Source of the DNA: Candidatus Tenderia electrophaga
GTDB taxonomy: Bacteria > Pseudomonadota > Gammaproteobacteria > Tenderiales > Tenderiaceae
NCBI GenBank assembly: GCA_001447805.1
Contig: CP013099.1
Location: 2,115,181-2,179,180 of the forward strand
Direction: 5' to 3'
Length of the DNA stretch: 64,000 bases
A program made the position numbers and the translations under genes. Under the pieces are notes generated by a model. The model saw only the letters and a program-made list of their open reading frames with translations. It did not search any database and was not told the origin of the DNA. Below, piece by piece: positions 10,688-21,768 of the stretch; the stretch's first letter is position 1, and the number at the start of each line of letters is the position of its first letter.

Positions 10688-10959
10688 TGTCCGCTGAACG
10701 GGAACAACTCATCCGCCAACGCATCGAAGACGCCCTCAGGCCGCAACACCTGGAGCTGATTGATGACAGCCACCTCCATGCCGGCCATGGTGCCACCGGC
10801 GGTCACTATACGGTGCGCGTTATGTCGGATGCATTTGTGGGCAAGAATCTGTTGCAGCGCCATCGACTGGTCTACGAGGCACTCGGCGACCTGATGAACG
10901 GCGAGATCCACGCCCTCAGCATCGACGCCAGCACCCCTGCAGAACATGCCGAAACCTAG
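10687..10959 (+). CDS. bolA: BolA family protein
   Basis: DDSHLHAGH, RHRLVYEAL, IHALSI. Confidence 0.9.
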   Translation: MSAEREQLIRQRIEDALRPQHLELIDDSHLHAGHGATGGHYTVRVMSDAFVGKNLLQRHRLVYEALGDLMNGEIHALSIDASTPAEHAET

Positions 10960-10996
10960 TCATAACCATCATTACAAAACCATTAAGGACTCAAGT

Positions 10997-11797
10997 ATGC
11001 AATCACTCATGAAGTCGATCTCCGCCTTGTTTCTACTGTGTGCAGTCTCTATATCCTTCGCCGCCGACGGTGACAAGCAGATCGCCACCGTGAACGGCGA
11101 ACCGATCACCACCGCCGATTTGCTCACCTATGCCAAGATCAAGAATCCAAAAGCCGACCTCAATTCGCCCCAGACCCGCCAGCAATTGATACAGGCCTAC
11201 GTCGGCCGCGAGCTGCTGTTTCAGGAAGCCATGAAGCAAAATCTGAATGAGTCGGAACGGGTTCAGTTGGCCCTGGACAATCAGCGTCGCGAAGTGATTT
11301 CGCAGGCCCTGGTGGCCAAGATCCTGAACCAGAACCCCGTCACCGAAGCACAGGCGCGCGCGTTTTATCAGCAACAGGCCGAGACCTCCAAAGCGGCGGA
11401 ATACAAGGCCGCCCATATCCTGACCCAATCGCAACAACAGGCCGAGGAGGCCATCGGCAAACTCAACAGCGGTACCGACTTCGCCCAGGTGGCGCGCGAT
11501 TTCTCCAGCGACAGCAGCGCCAGCCGCGGCGGGGAAATCGGCTGGATCAACCCGGCCAGAATGCCGGAGAACTTCGCCGCCGCACTGCAAAACACCCGCG
11601 TCGGCGAATACACCAAAACACCGGTGCAGACCAATTTCGGCTGGCATGTGATCAAGGTCGAGGCCTCGCGCCCGGTAAGCGTGCCGGACTTCGCTCAGGT
11701 GAAGGATCGCCTGATGCAGCTGCTTGCCGAGCAACGGGTGTCGGAATACGTGGCCGAATTGCAGAAAAAGGCCGACATCAAGATCAACAATCAGTGA
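10997..11797 (+). CDS. Periplasmic PpiC-type (parvulin) peptidyl-prolyl isomerase
   Basis: Signal peptide, AAHIL, GGEIGW, PVQTNFGWHVIK. Confidence 0.88.
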   Translation: MQSLMKSISALFLLCAVSISFAADGDKQIATVNGEPITTADLLTYAKIKNPKADLNSPQTRQQLIQAYVGRELLFQEAMKQNLNESERVQLALDNQRREVISQALVAKILNQNPVTEAQARAFYQQQAETSKAAEYKAAHILTQSQQQAEEAIGKLNSGTDFAQVARDFSSDSSASRGGEIGWINPARMPENFAAALQNTRVGEYTKTPVQTNFGWHVIKVEASRPVSVPDFAQVKDRLMQLLAEQRVSEYVAELQKKADIKINNQ

Positions 11798-11830
11798 ACC
11801 ATGCAATGCGCCCGGTGCCGCGGCACCGGG

Positions 11831-13855
<2,025 letters not shown>

Positions 13856-13941
13856 CTAAGGCACAACACACGCGATTGTTATTATCGGTGCGCGTATTAT
13901 CCCAGAAAGTCGGCCCACCACCCAGCCAAAAAACGCGCCCT

Positions 13942-15249
13942 TTAAAGCATGCCTGTCAACAGGGTGGCGATGCCAAGAAAGGAGAAAAACCCGACCACGT
14001 CGGTGACGGTGGTCAAAATAATGGATGAGGATTGTGCCGGATCCTGCCCCAGAGAACTGAGGATGACCGGGATAATGACGCCGGAAAACGCGGCAGCCGT
14101 CATGGAAATGATCATCGAGAAGGTGATCACCAGTCCCAAGCCATACGACCCGCTCCAGAAATAGACCCCGACAGCTGTAGTCAGCGCCACCGCAATCCCA
14201 TTGATAAAGGCGGCGCCGATCTCCTTGCGCGTCACGCGGCGCCAGTGACTGGTGCCGATCTCGCGCAACGCCAGTCCGCGCATGGTCACCGCCAGGGCCT
14301 GGGCGCCGGTATTGCCCGACTGCCCCGCCACCACCGGCAGCAACACTGCCAAGGCGGTAAAGCTGGCGATGGTACTCTCGAAAATACCCACCACACTGGC
14401 GGCCAAAAAGGCGGTGAGCAGATTGATCTGCAGCCAAGGCAGACGCTTGCGCACCACGAACCCGATACTGGACAGGGCACGTTCGTCCTTGCTGGCGCCG
14501 ACCATGGTCTGGATATCGGCGCTGGCCTCTTCCTGCACCGCCGTCACCAGGGCGTCCTGGCGGATAATCCCCATTAAGCGACCGTCGATATCCACCACCG
14601 GTAGATCCGTCATCTTGTGCTGTTCCATCTGTTCCACCACCTCGTCGCGGCTGGCGGTGGCCAGCACCCAGGCGGGCACCGCCTTGGCCAAGGCCTGCAA
14701 GGGGCCGGTGCCGTCGGCCAGCGACAAGGCCTGGATATCCACCATCTGCTTGACCACACCGTCGGCGTCGGTAAGAAACAACTGGCGGCTGAATTTGGGC
14801 TTGTGACGTTGCAACAGACGCAACGCTTCGCGCACCGTCAATTCGCCGCGCAAAGACAAAAAGCGCGGATCCATGACCCCACCGGCGCTGTCCGCAGGAT
14901 ATTCCATCAAACGCTGCAGTTCGTGACGGCGATCAGTATCCAGCAAGCGGAGATAGTCATCACGCGCCGCGTGCGGCAGGCGCAGCAACAATCTGGCCGA
15001 GGCTTGCGGCTCACTGCGCCCCAACAAGGTCCGAACAAAGCCCTCAGGCAACTGCAGCAGCGCCTCTTCCTGAGCTCCCAGAGGCAAGTGCTGCCAAAGC
15101 TGCAAGGCAATGGTCACCGGGACCGACTGCAATATGCCGCCGAGTTCATGCGCCCGGACCAAGGCAAGCTCGCGGGCCGCCTCCGCGGGATAGTGATTGA
15201 GATACTCGCGATTCAACGCCGCTGCCGCATGTTCAGACGCCGTTGTCAT
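13942..15249 (-). CDS. mgtE: MgtE-family magnesium transporter
   Basis: YPADSAGGVM, CBS pair, RKRLPWL, GQSGNTGAQ, DPAQSSSIILTTVTDVVG. Confidence 0.9.
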   Translation of the reverse strand: MTTASEHAAAALNREYLNHYPAEAARELALVRAHELGGILQSVPVTIALQLWQHLPLGAQEEALLQLPEGFVRTLLGRSEPQASARLLLRLPHAARDDYLRLLDTDRRHELQRLMEYPADSAGGVMDPRFLSLRGELTVREALRLLQRHKPKFSRQLFLTDADGVVKQMVDIQALSLADGTGPLQALAKAVPAWVLATASRDEVVEQMEQHKMTDLPVVDIDGRLMGIIRQDALVTAVQEEASADIQTMVGASKDERALSSIGFVVRKRLPWLQINLLTAFLAASVVGIFESTIASFTALAVLLPVVAGQSGNTGAQALAVTMRGLALREIGTSHWRRVTRKEIGAAFINGIAVALTTAVGVYFWSGSYGLGLVITFSMIISMTAAAFSGVIIPVILSSLGQDPAQSSSIILTTVTDVVGFFSFLGIATLLTGML

Positions 15250-16081
15250 GGGTATCCCTTTTCGCTCGTTGAGTGTCGAACAGCGTGTCGAGCGTGGCCG
15301 TGAGGGCCACCGCCAGCGATAACCAAAGCCACTCCAAAAATGTCGTGGTCGCTGCTCCGGTGTCGGCCGTGACCTGAATTGGCACCGCATCATGCAAGCT
15401 GGAGAAATCGATTTCCCCCACCAGTCTGGTTTTACTGTCGATGACCGGGAGATACTGGTGATGACGCCAGACCGGCATATCCACTACTTCCTTCACGCTG
15501 GCGCGCACCGGAATGCCGGGCACGCTCCTGAGGGCCAATTGGGCGATGGGCGCCTGGGCATCGGCGCGCAGCAACTGGACCAGGCTCAGCACGCCCTTCA
15601 GCCTGAGCGCCTCATCATTGACATAAATGTGATGCTGGCTCAATTGATGCGTCTGCCTGATGCGCTTCAATGCCTCCGTCACCGAAATCGTGGCGGGGAG
15701 CACGAATAAATAACTGCGCATGCGGCTACCCACACTGCCGTCCGGATAGCGCATCAAACGCGTCAGGCGTCTTTGCGTTGATTGTGGCACGCGCTCCAGG
15801 CGCGCCTGCGCCGCATCCGGCGGCATGGCGCGCAGCAGTGTGGCGGCCGTGTCCCTGTCGCAGGCATCCAGCAAGGCGGCGGCCGCGTCCGCGGGCATGG
15901 CGGCAAGATAGGCGGCGCCATGCGCTGTCACCATGGCGCTCAACACGGTGACGGCGGGGTGCAGCTCCAGCTCGCTTAGGTAATCGGCGACCACCTCCGG
16001 GCCGAGACGCTCCAGCACCCGCGCCGCGGCCTGGGGATGGCGGCTGACAAATGCGCGACTGAGTTGAAACTCACTCTTCAT
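15233..16081 (-). CDS. MgtE intracellular-domain/CBS-pair protein lacking the transport domain
   Basis: Helical N-domain, LMRYPDGSVGSRM, CBS pair; only one C-terminal hydrophobic stretch. Confidence 0.75.
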   Translation of the reverse strand: MKSEFQLSRAFVSRHPQAAARVLERLGPEVVADYLSELELHPAVTVLSAMVTAHGAAYLAAMPADAAAALLDACDRDTAATLLRAMPPDAAQARLERVPQSTQRRLTRLMRYPDGSVGSRMRSYLFVLPATISVTEALKRIRQTHQLSQHHIYVNDEALRLKGVLSLVQLLRADAQAPIAQLALRSVPGIPVRASVKEVVDMPVWRHHQYLPVIDSKTRLVGEIDFSSLHDAVPIQVTADTGAATTTFLEWLWLSLAVALTATLDTLFDTQRAKRDTHDNGV

Positions 16082-16910
16082 CGTCGGGCACTGAATCCAC
16101 CAGGGTCGAGAGATGGCGGCTGAACAGATTGGCGGGCAGGCTCACCTCGCCCTGATCACTGTCGAGGATCACCATGGTGGCGGTGATGGACAGCAGCCTG
16201 CCCTGCACGTCCAGTACGCGGATCATATCGCCGGTATGATAGCGTCGCCGCACTTGATGCGCCGCCAATACATTGGCGACATAATCCCGCGCCCCGATGC
16301 CGAAGGCCAAGGCGATGGCACTCAGCACCGCGGCCAGGGTAATGCCGAACACGGTGGCGAGAAAACTGACATCGATACCGAGCTGGGCCAGCGCCAGCAC
16401 CACCGTCAATACGATAATGACGCCCTGCATCACCTGCGCCAGTAGCCTGGCCTGGGCGACGCCGGCGGCGAACATGGCCGACTCCACCAGACGCCGGCAC
16501 AAAGACGCCAGAAATACGCCGACCGCAATGATCAAAGCGCTGAGCAGGATCACGGGCAGATAGCCGAGCCCCAGCCCGATCCATGCGGTGATGAACTCCA
16601 ATTCTAGGATATGGGCGGCGACGGCGAAGAAAAATATCAGCACCAGCCAAAACACCAACAGTCCCAGCAGGCGCGTCGGCGGATGCGCACTTTGCAGGGT
16701 CTTCAGACCGGGCACATGGGTCAAGCGATGCCAGAGATGGTCCAAGCCTTCGGCCAGCCGCACCACAAAACGCCGCAGCAGCCGCGCCAGCACCCAGCCC
16801 GCCATCAATACCACAAGCGCCGCCAGAAGCTGGGGCAGCCACGCCAGCACCGCATTCAGCATTTCCACCAGACTGTGGGTAAGCGTGTCCAGCCAGTTAT
16901 TCTCGTTCAT
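16071..16910 (-). CDS. MscS-like small mechanosensitive channel (conserved TM-helix type)
   Basis: AWLPQLLAALVVL repeats, ALAQLGID, ALAFGIGARDYVANVLA, GDMIRV. Confidence 0.75.
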   Translation of the reverse strand: MNENNWLDTLTHSLVEMLNAVLAWLPQLLAALVVLMAGWVLARLLRRFVVRLAEGLDHLWHRLTHVPGLKTLQSAHPPTRLLGLLVFWLVLIFFFAVAAHILELEFITAWIGLGLGYLPVILLSALIIAVGVFLASLCRRLVESAMFAAGVAQARLLAQVMQGVIIVLTVVLALAQLGIDVSFLATVFGITLAAVLSAIALAFGIGARDYVANVLAAHQVRRRYHTGDMIRVLDVQGRLLSITATMVILDSDQGEVSLPANLFSRHLSTLVDSVPDDEE

Positions 16911-17054
16911 AATAGAAGGATCTATTGTTGCGCCTTTAGCTATTGTAGACATTTTATGGATCGATGAAGTCGTCGCGACGCTCCGCCACACGGTGCTGTA
17001 ACACCTCGGCCAATTCATCTATGCTTACCCGAAACCGCCGACTAAGGCATCATC

Positions 17055-17288
17055 ATGACAAAAACCAAGACCATGCAACAAACAAAATTCATACTCGGCG
17101 TCGCCTTATTGGTGCTGCTGGTGATATTCACGGCGCAGAATACTGAAATAGTCACCATCACCTTCTTTTTTTGGCAACTCTCCATCTCGCGTGCCCTGAT
17201 GGTGTTTTTCGTACTCGCCATCGGCGTCGTCATCGGCCTGCTGGTCGGCACCTGGCAGGCCACGCACAAGACTAAGCGCGGTCAATGA
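17055..17288 (+). CDS. LapA/DUF1049-like small membrane protein
   Basis: Two TM helices around IFTAQNTEIVTITFFFW. Confidence 0.7.
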   Translation: MTKTKTMQQTKFILGVALLVLLVIFTAQNTEIVTITFFFWQLSISRALMVFFVLAIGVVIGLLVGTWQATHKTKRGQ

Positions 17289-18085
17289 GCCAAGATAAAA
17301 TCGTTCACCAGAAAGATGATTATCTCGACCGCGATGAGCCAGATGATGATCCACTCCAGGGTGGATGAATGCTGGTGTTTCTGATCGTCGGCCAGCATCT
17401 GGAACAATTCGTGGATGGTCTCAAGCTTGAGGGATAATATCTCGGTACGTTGTTTCAACTCCAAATAATGCGCCCCGATTTGATACACCGGCTCCAGTTC
17501 GGGGTATTCCCAGAAAAATTCCGGCGTATCCAGCAACTCATACTTGAGAATGATATCGCTCTTGGTCAAAAACAGCTTGCCGCGCATCCTGGCGGTCTGC
17601 CGCCGTGACAACAGGGTGGAGCCGGTGTCGGCCAACTTGCGCGGAATGGCGGCGGTCTCTTCGATGGTCTGCTGGGCCTGTCTCTCAAACATGGCCAGTT
17701 TCACCGACTGAGACAGGGCATGAGAGAAGGCCAACAGGGTCATGGTGTCGTTATCGACGAGCTCGATATGCTCATGGGTGAAACGGTTTTTCTCACAACC
17801 ATGGATAAAGGGATAATGTTCCGTTTCCCGTTCCGGGTAGGCGCGCAGCGCAAACAGCTGCAGCTGCTCGTCAATGCGCTCCACCACATCCTTCCTGACA
17901 TTCCAGTACACCGCGACGCCGAAGGGAAAAATGGCGCAACTGCCCTGTTCGACCTCGAGATAGATCACATCGCGGTAGCAGGCGCACCGTCCCGTGGTCA
18001 ACAGGGCTCCGGACAAGCCGAGGAAGTTGAAGGACTCGGCGTAGCACACCGCCTGACATGACAAGTATTCCATGTTCTCGGACAT
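17282..18085 (-). CDS. RMD1/DUF155 family protein
   Basis: IFPFGVAVYWN, SHALSQSVKL, LLDTPEFFWEYPELE, LEWIIIWLIAVEI. Confidence 0.88.
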   Translation of the reverse strand: MSENMEYLSCQAVCYAESFNFLGLSGALLTTGRCACYRDVIYLEVEQGSCAIFPFGVAVYWNVRKDVVERIDEQLQLFALRAYPERETEHYPFIHGCEKNRFTHEHIELVDNDTMTLLAFSHALSQSVKLAMFERQAQQTIEETAAIPRKLADTGSTLLSRRQTARMRGKLFLTKSDIILKYELLDTPEFFWEYPELEPVYQIGAHYLELKQRTEILSLKLETIHELFQMLADDQKHQHSSTLEWIIIWLIAVEIIIFLVNDFILAH

Positions 18086-18117
18086 CAGTTGCCTCGTTCA
18101 GATGGTCACCGCGATTG

Positions 18118-19584
18118 TTATTTCTTGCCATCCAGGCGGCGCAAAAAGTCGGCCATGACCAAGTTGAATAACTCCTCACCCAGATAGCGGTCCTCGACAC
18201 CCATATCCAGATTCGGATTGTCATTGACCTCGATCACGTAGACACCCCGATCACTTTGTTTGACGTCGACGCCGTAGAGCCCGTCGCCGATCAACCCCGC
18301 CGCCTTCACGGCGATCTCCACCACCGCGCGCGGCGCCTCGGCGACGGCCCAGGTCTTGGCGTCGCCTTCCTGAAAAGCGCCGCTGCTGCCGTGTTTGACG
18401 ATCTGCCAGTGTTTGCGGTACATGAAATACTGGCAGGCGAAAATGGGTTTGCGATTGAGCACGCCGATACGCCAATCGTACTCGGTATAAAGATACTCCT
18501 GCGCCAGAATCAGTTCGGAACTCTCGAACAGGCGCTCAGCGATGGCATGGAACTCGTCACGGCTTTCGGCCTTGAACACCCCTTGCGAAAAGGCACTGTC
18601 CGGCACCTTCAGCACCATGGGATAGCCGATGCTCCGTTCGGTGGCCTCCAGATCGCGCCTGCCCAGAATGGCGCTCTTAGGCGTGGCGATATGGTTGGCG
18701 CGCAGCAATTCCGCCAGATACACCTTGTTGGTGCAGCGCAGTATGGAGGACGGATCGTCGATCACGACCATGCCCTCACTCTCGGCGCGTTTGGCGAAAC
18801 GATAGGTATAGTGGCTGATGCGGGTGGTGTCGCGGATGAACAAGGCATCATATTCCGCCAACCGGGCGTAATCCTTGCGCTCGATCAGCTCGGCATTGAT
18901 GCCCAGCTTGCGCGCGGCCTTGATAAAGGCCTTGAGGGCGCGCGGATTGGACGGCGGCAAAGGGTCCTTGGGATCGTGCAGAATGGCCAGGTCGTAACGA
19001 CCGGGCAGCTTCTGCTTACGGGTACGCCAGCGTTTGGACAGATAGGCGCTGAGTGCGGCACTGAAGTAGGCCTTTTCCTCAGCTTTGAGCTTATGCAGGG
19101 CAAACGGCCGGATGGTGGTAATGCGCCATTTATCCAGGCTTTTGAAATTGATCTGCAACAAAGGATAAGGAAATATCTCGAACAGTTTGCGCGCCAGGCC
19201 GTTAAAGGCCGCGTCCTGACAAGCGCCGAACATGACGCGCAGTTCGAACTCGCCCACACCCTGGGTGACGTGTTGCTTCTTGAAGGCCTTTTCTACGTCT
19301 TCATCGAGGATCACAGCATCGAGGCTGTACAGCGCCTTGTCGCTGAGATCGAGCATGCTCTTCACCGAGGGGATGACACGGTGCCGACGCGCCTCGGCCA
19401 GCAGGGAACAATAATAACCGACCCTGGAATAACGGTAGTCCTTGCACAGGTTGATCACCTGCACGTTCTTGAGCGCGAAATACTCCGCCGAGGTCAAATA
19501 CTCGTCAATATCCACCACCGGACATTCGATCTCGCTATAGGTCCAGCGTTTGACGTCTTCAACCACTATTATCTGGGTCACCAT
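18118..19584 (-). CDS. RimK-family ATP-grasp ligase with N-terminal RLAN domain
   Basis: VINLCKDYRY..GYYCSLLAEARRH (RLAN); CTNKVYL, PMVLKVPDSAFSQGV, QEYL, DWRIGVL, YGVDVK, VIEVNDNPN. Confidence 0.88.
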   Translation of the reverse strand: MVTQIIVVEDVKRWTYSEIECPVVDIDEYLTSAEYFALKNVQVINLCKDYRYSRVGYYCSLLAEARRHRVIPSVKSMLDLSDKALYSLDAVILDEDVEKAFKKQHVTQGVGEFELRVMFGACQDAAFNGLARKLFEIFPYPLLQINFKSLDKWRITTIRPFALHKLKAEEKAYFSAALSAYLSKRWRTRKQKLPGRYDLAILHDPKDPLPPSNPRALKAFIKAARKLGINAELIERKDYARLAEYDALFIRDTTRISHYTYRFAKRAESEGMVVIDDPSSILRCTNKVYLAELLRANHIATPKSAILGRRDLEATERSIGYPMVLKVPDSAFSQGVFKAESRDEFHAIAERLFESSELILAQEYLYTEYDWRIGVLNRKPIFACQYFMYRKHWQIVKHGSSGAFQEGDAKTWAVAEAPRAVVEIAVKAAGLIGDGLYGVDVKQSDRGVYVIEVNDNPNLDMGVEDRYLGEELFNLVMADFLRRLDGKK

Positions 19585-19609
19585 GGATGTATGTATTACC
19601 TCGTCTGTG

Positions 19610-20701
19610 TCATGGTGGATACAAGATCAACGCGGCGCGCTGACCACTCTTGCCGTACTGTGCCATACGCTCGAACTCCTTGTGTAGAATGGGCATGTTG
19701 ACGCAATCGGTGACCGTCTTGCCCTTCTCCTCATCGATGTAGGGGTCATGAAAATAGATGTAACGGTCGTCGTGACCGGTGACCACCACCCAATGGGGAA
19801 ACTTTTCCTTGTAAATACGATAGGAACTGATCAGGATCACCGGCACGGCACCGCTGTCCAGGGCCTCGATAATACCGACGAGCGTGAGGCGGTGATAACT
19901 GAGCTTGACGGGCAGGTGGCCGATCTCTTCCAGAAAATCCTCGTCCACCAAGCGGATCACCTCTTTTTTTTCCTCGCTGCGCACGGAATCGACGAACAAG
20001 GTCTCGCCTTCTTTGACGTAGATCTCGACGCGAAAGCCGCGGTGATGCGCCGCCAGCGCCAAACCGTAGGGACCGCAGCCGCCGTGACCGGAGGTCATAT
20101 AGATGGTGGTGGATTCACGCCACAGCCGCAGTTCCAAATGGCGGCTCATCTCGGTGTGATCATCCAGGGCCTTCATGGCCATCATCAGCGCCGCCGGGCC
20201 GCAGGTAAAGTCCAGCGTCTGCTGATAATAGGGCACCGAGGTCATATTCGGCGGAATATTCTGCACCAGACGTTTTTCCAGCCGCACAGCGTCGGACAGA
20301 TCATCGTAATACTGCATATAGCGGCCAAACTGTTGGTAGCCCATACTCTCGAACAACCTCAGCGAGGCCTTGTTATCCACCCGGATCTCCAGGCGCATAT
20401 AAATGCAATCATGTGCCAGCGCGGCGTCTTCGGCGGCCGCCACCAGACGACGCCCGAGACCGCCCTGGCGCGCCTCTTGGGTCACGGCAATGGAATAGAG
20501 CCGCGCCAGCGAGGTGCCGCGATGGAACAACACCATGGCGTAACCCACCAGCCGCCCGTCCTGCTCCGCCACCAGGGTGTCGGCATGGCCCTTGGTGAGC
20601 ATGTAACGGAAATTGCGGCGGCTGAGCCGATCGCTGTCGAAACAGACCTTTTCGATCTCGACCAGTTGGGGAATATCGCCAAGGGTGGCGGGGCGAATCA
20701 T
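19610..20701 (-). CDS. GNAT (RimI-like) acetyltransferase fused to a papain/C39-like peptidase (DUF3335)
   Basis: MIRPATLGD, RLYSIAV..RQGGLG, LEIRVDN; then QQTLDFTCGPA, PHWVVV, HDP. Confidence 0.86.
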   Translation of the reverse strand: MIRPATLGDIPQLVEIEKVCFDSDRLSRRNFRYMLTKGHADTLVAEQDGRLVGYAMVLFHRGTSLARLYSIAVTQEARQGGLGRRLVAAAEDAALAHDCIYMRLEIRVDNKASLRLFESMGYQQFGRYMQYYDDLSDAVRLEKRLVQNIPPNMTSVPYYQQTLDFTCGPAALMMAMKALDDHTEMSRHLELRLWRESTTIYMTSGHGGCGPYGLALAAHHRGFRVEIYVKEGETLFVDSVRSEEKKEVIRLVDEDFLEEIGHLPVKLSYHRLTLVGIIEALDSGAVPVILISSYRIYKEKFPHWVVVTGHDDRYIYFHDPYIDEEKGKTVTDCVNMPILHKEFERMAQYGKSGQRAALILYPP

Positions 20702-20797
20702 GGGCTAACTCCGGAAACGAGAAAGGGACGGCGGCGAATAATTAGCACAGTCCATAGCGCCACTCCAGGAAAATTTCGCTCATCTCCGGCACGGCAT

Positions 20798-21655
20798 TCA
20801 GGCGGCGGGCGGCCAGACCCGGTGCATTAGGTTGTTCTTGCCCGACTTTTTGATCTGGTACATCAGGTCGTCCACCGCCTTGATCATATCCCGCGCGCTG
20901 TGCATGGGGCGGATAAAACTCACCGCCCCGATACTGAACGTGACCGGCCAGCCCCGCGCCGCCATGGCCGCCAAGCCCTGGCGGTTCAGTTTGTCGATCA
21001 CCACGCCCGCCGCCGCCTTGTCGCTGAGCGGTAATAATACGGCGAATTCGTCACCTCCCAGCCGCGCCACCAGGTCACTGGCGCGGACATGCTGCTGCAG
21101 GCTATCCGCCACGGTTTCGAGCAGTTCATCGCCGCCGTCATGGCCGAAATGATCGTTGACATACTTGAAGCCATCCAGATCGATGTAAACGATTGTAAAC
21201 GGCTCAAGCTGGCGCTCGAACCTGAGCCGCTCGCGCTCGACTTGTTCAACGAAAAAGCGTCGATTGGCCAGCCCCGTCAGGGCGTCGGTGTCGGCCAGGC
21301 TCTGCTCCTGCTCAAGGGTCTTGCGCACCGTCAACAGCAAGCGCAGGATGATGAGAAAAAAGCCGAGACGCGCCAGTGTATTCCAAACCGGGATCAGTTC
21401 ATGACTGTATTGGTTGCCTTCGGCCAGATCGCACAACACCCACACCGCCGCCGACACCAAGGCCACCGTCAGCCCGACCCGCCCACCACCGTACCAACCG
21501 GCCAACATGATGGGCGCGGTATAGAACACGGCGAAGGAAAGCTCGGTGCCGCTGATGTAGTCCACCCCACCAAGCACCAGTACCAGGCCAAACCCGAGCG
21601 CCAACACGGTCGGCTTGGCCACAGACTCAAGACGTTTATGAAATACCTTCAGCAT
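20798..21655 (-). CDS. Membrane-anchored diguanylate cyclase
   Basis: About 4 TM helices, DALTGLANRR, RASD I-site, GGDEF. Confidence 0.9.
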   Translation of the reverse strand: MLKVFHKRLESVAKPTVLALGFGLVLVLGGVDYISGTELSFAVFYTAPIMLAGWYGGGRVGLTVALVSAAVWVLCDLAEGNQYSHELIPVWNTLARLGFFLIILRLLLTVRKTLEQEQSLADTDALTGLANRRFFVEQVERERLRFERQLEPFTIVYIDLDGFKYVNDHFGHDGGDELLETVADSLQQHVRASDLVARLGGDEFAVLLPLSDKAAAGVVIDKLNRQGLAAMAARGWPVTFSIGAVSFIRPMHSARDMIKAVDDLMYQIKKSGKNNLMHRVWPPAA

Positions 21656-21768
21656 GCTAAACACATTCCCGCTGGCGTTCAACCAAGTCCACGACGGCAC
21701 TGGAAAATTACACCCGGGGACGCCAAAATGGCAATGACGATCTCACGCCAGCGAGTTGCGCACTGTCC

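Noticed and set aside
16911-17054. Mg2+ riboswitch (M-box/mgtA leader) upstream of the mscS-like/mgtE operon
   Set aside because: Short divergent spacer; I could not recognise conserved riboswitch motifs or a terminator. An Rfam scan would settle it.
18256-20830. 481-aa and 360-aa plus-strand ORFs opposite the ligase operon
   Set aside because: Shadow ORFs; the minus-strand proteins carry all the family motifs.
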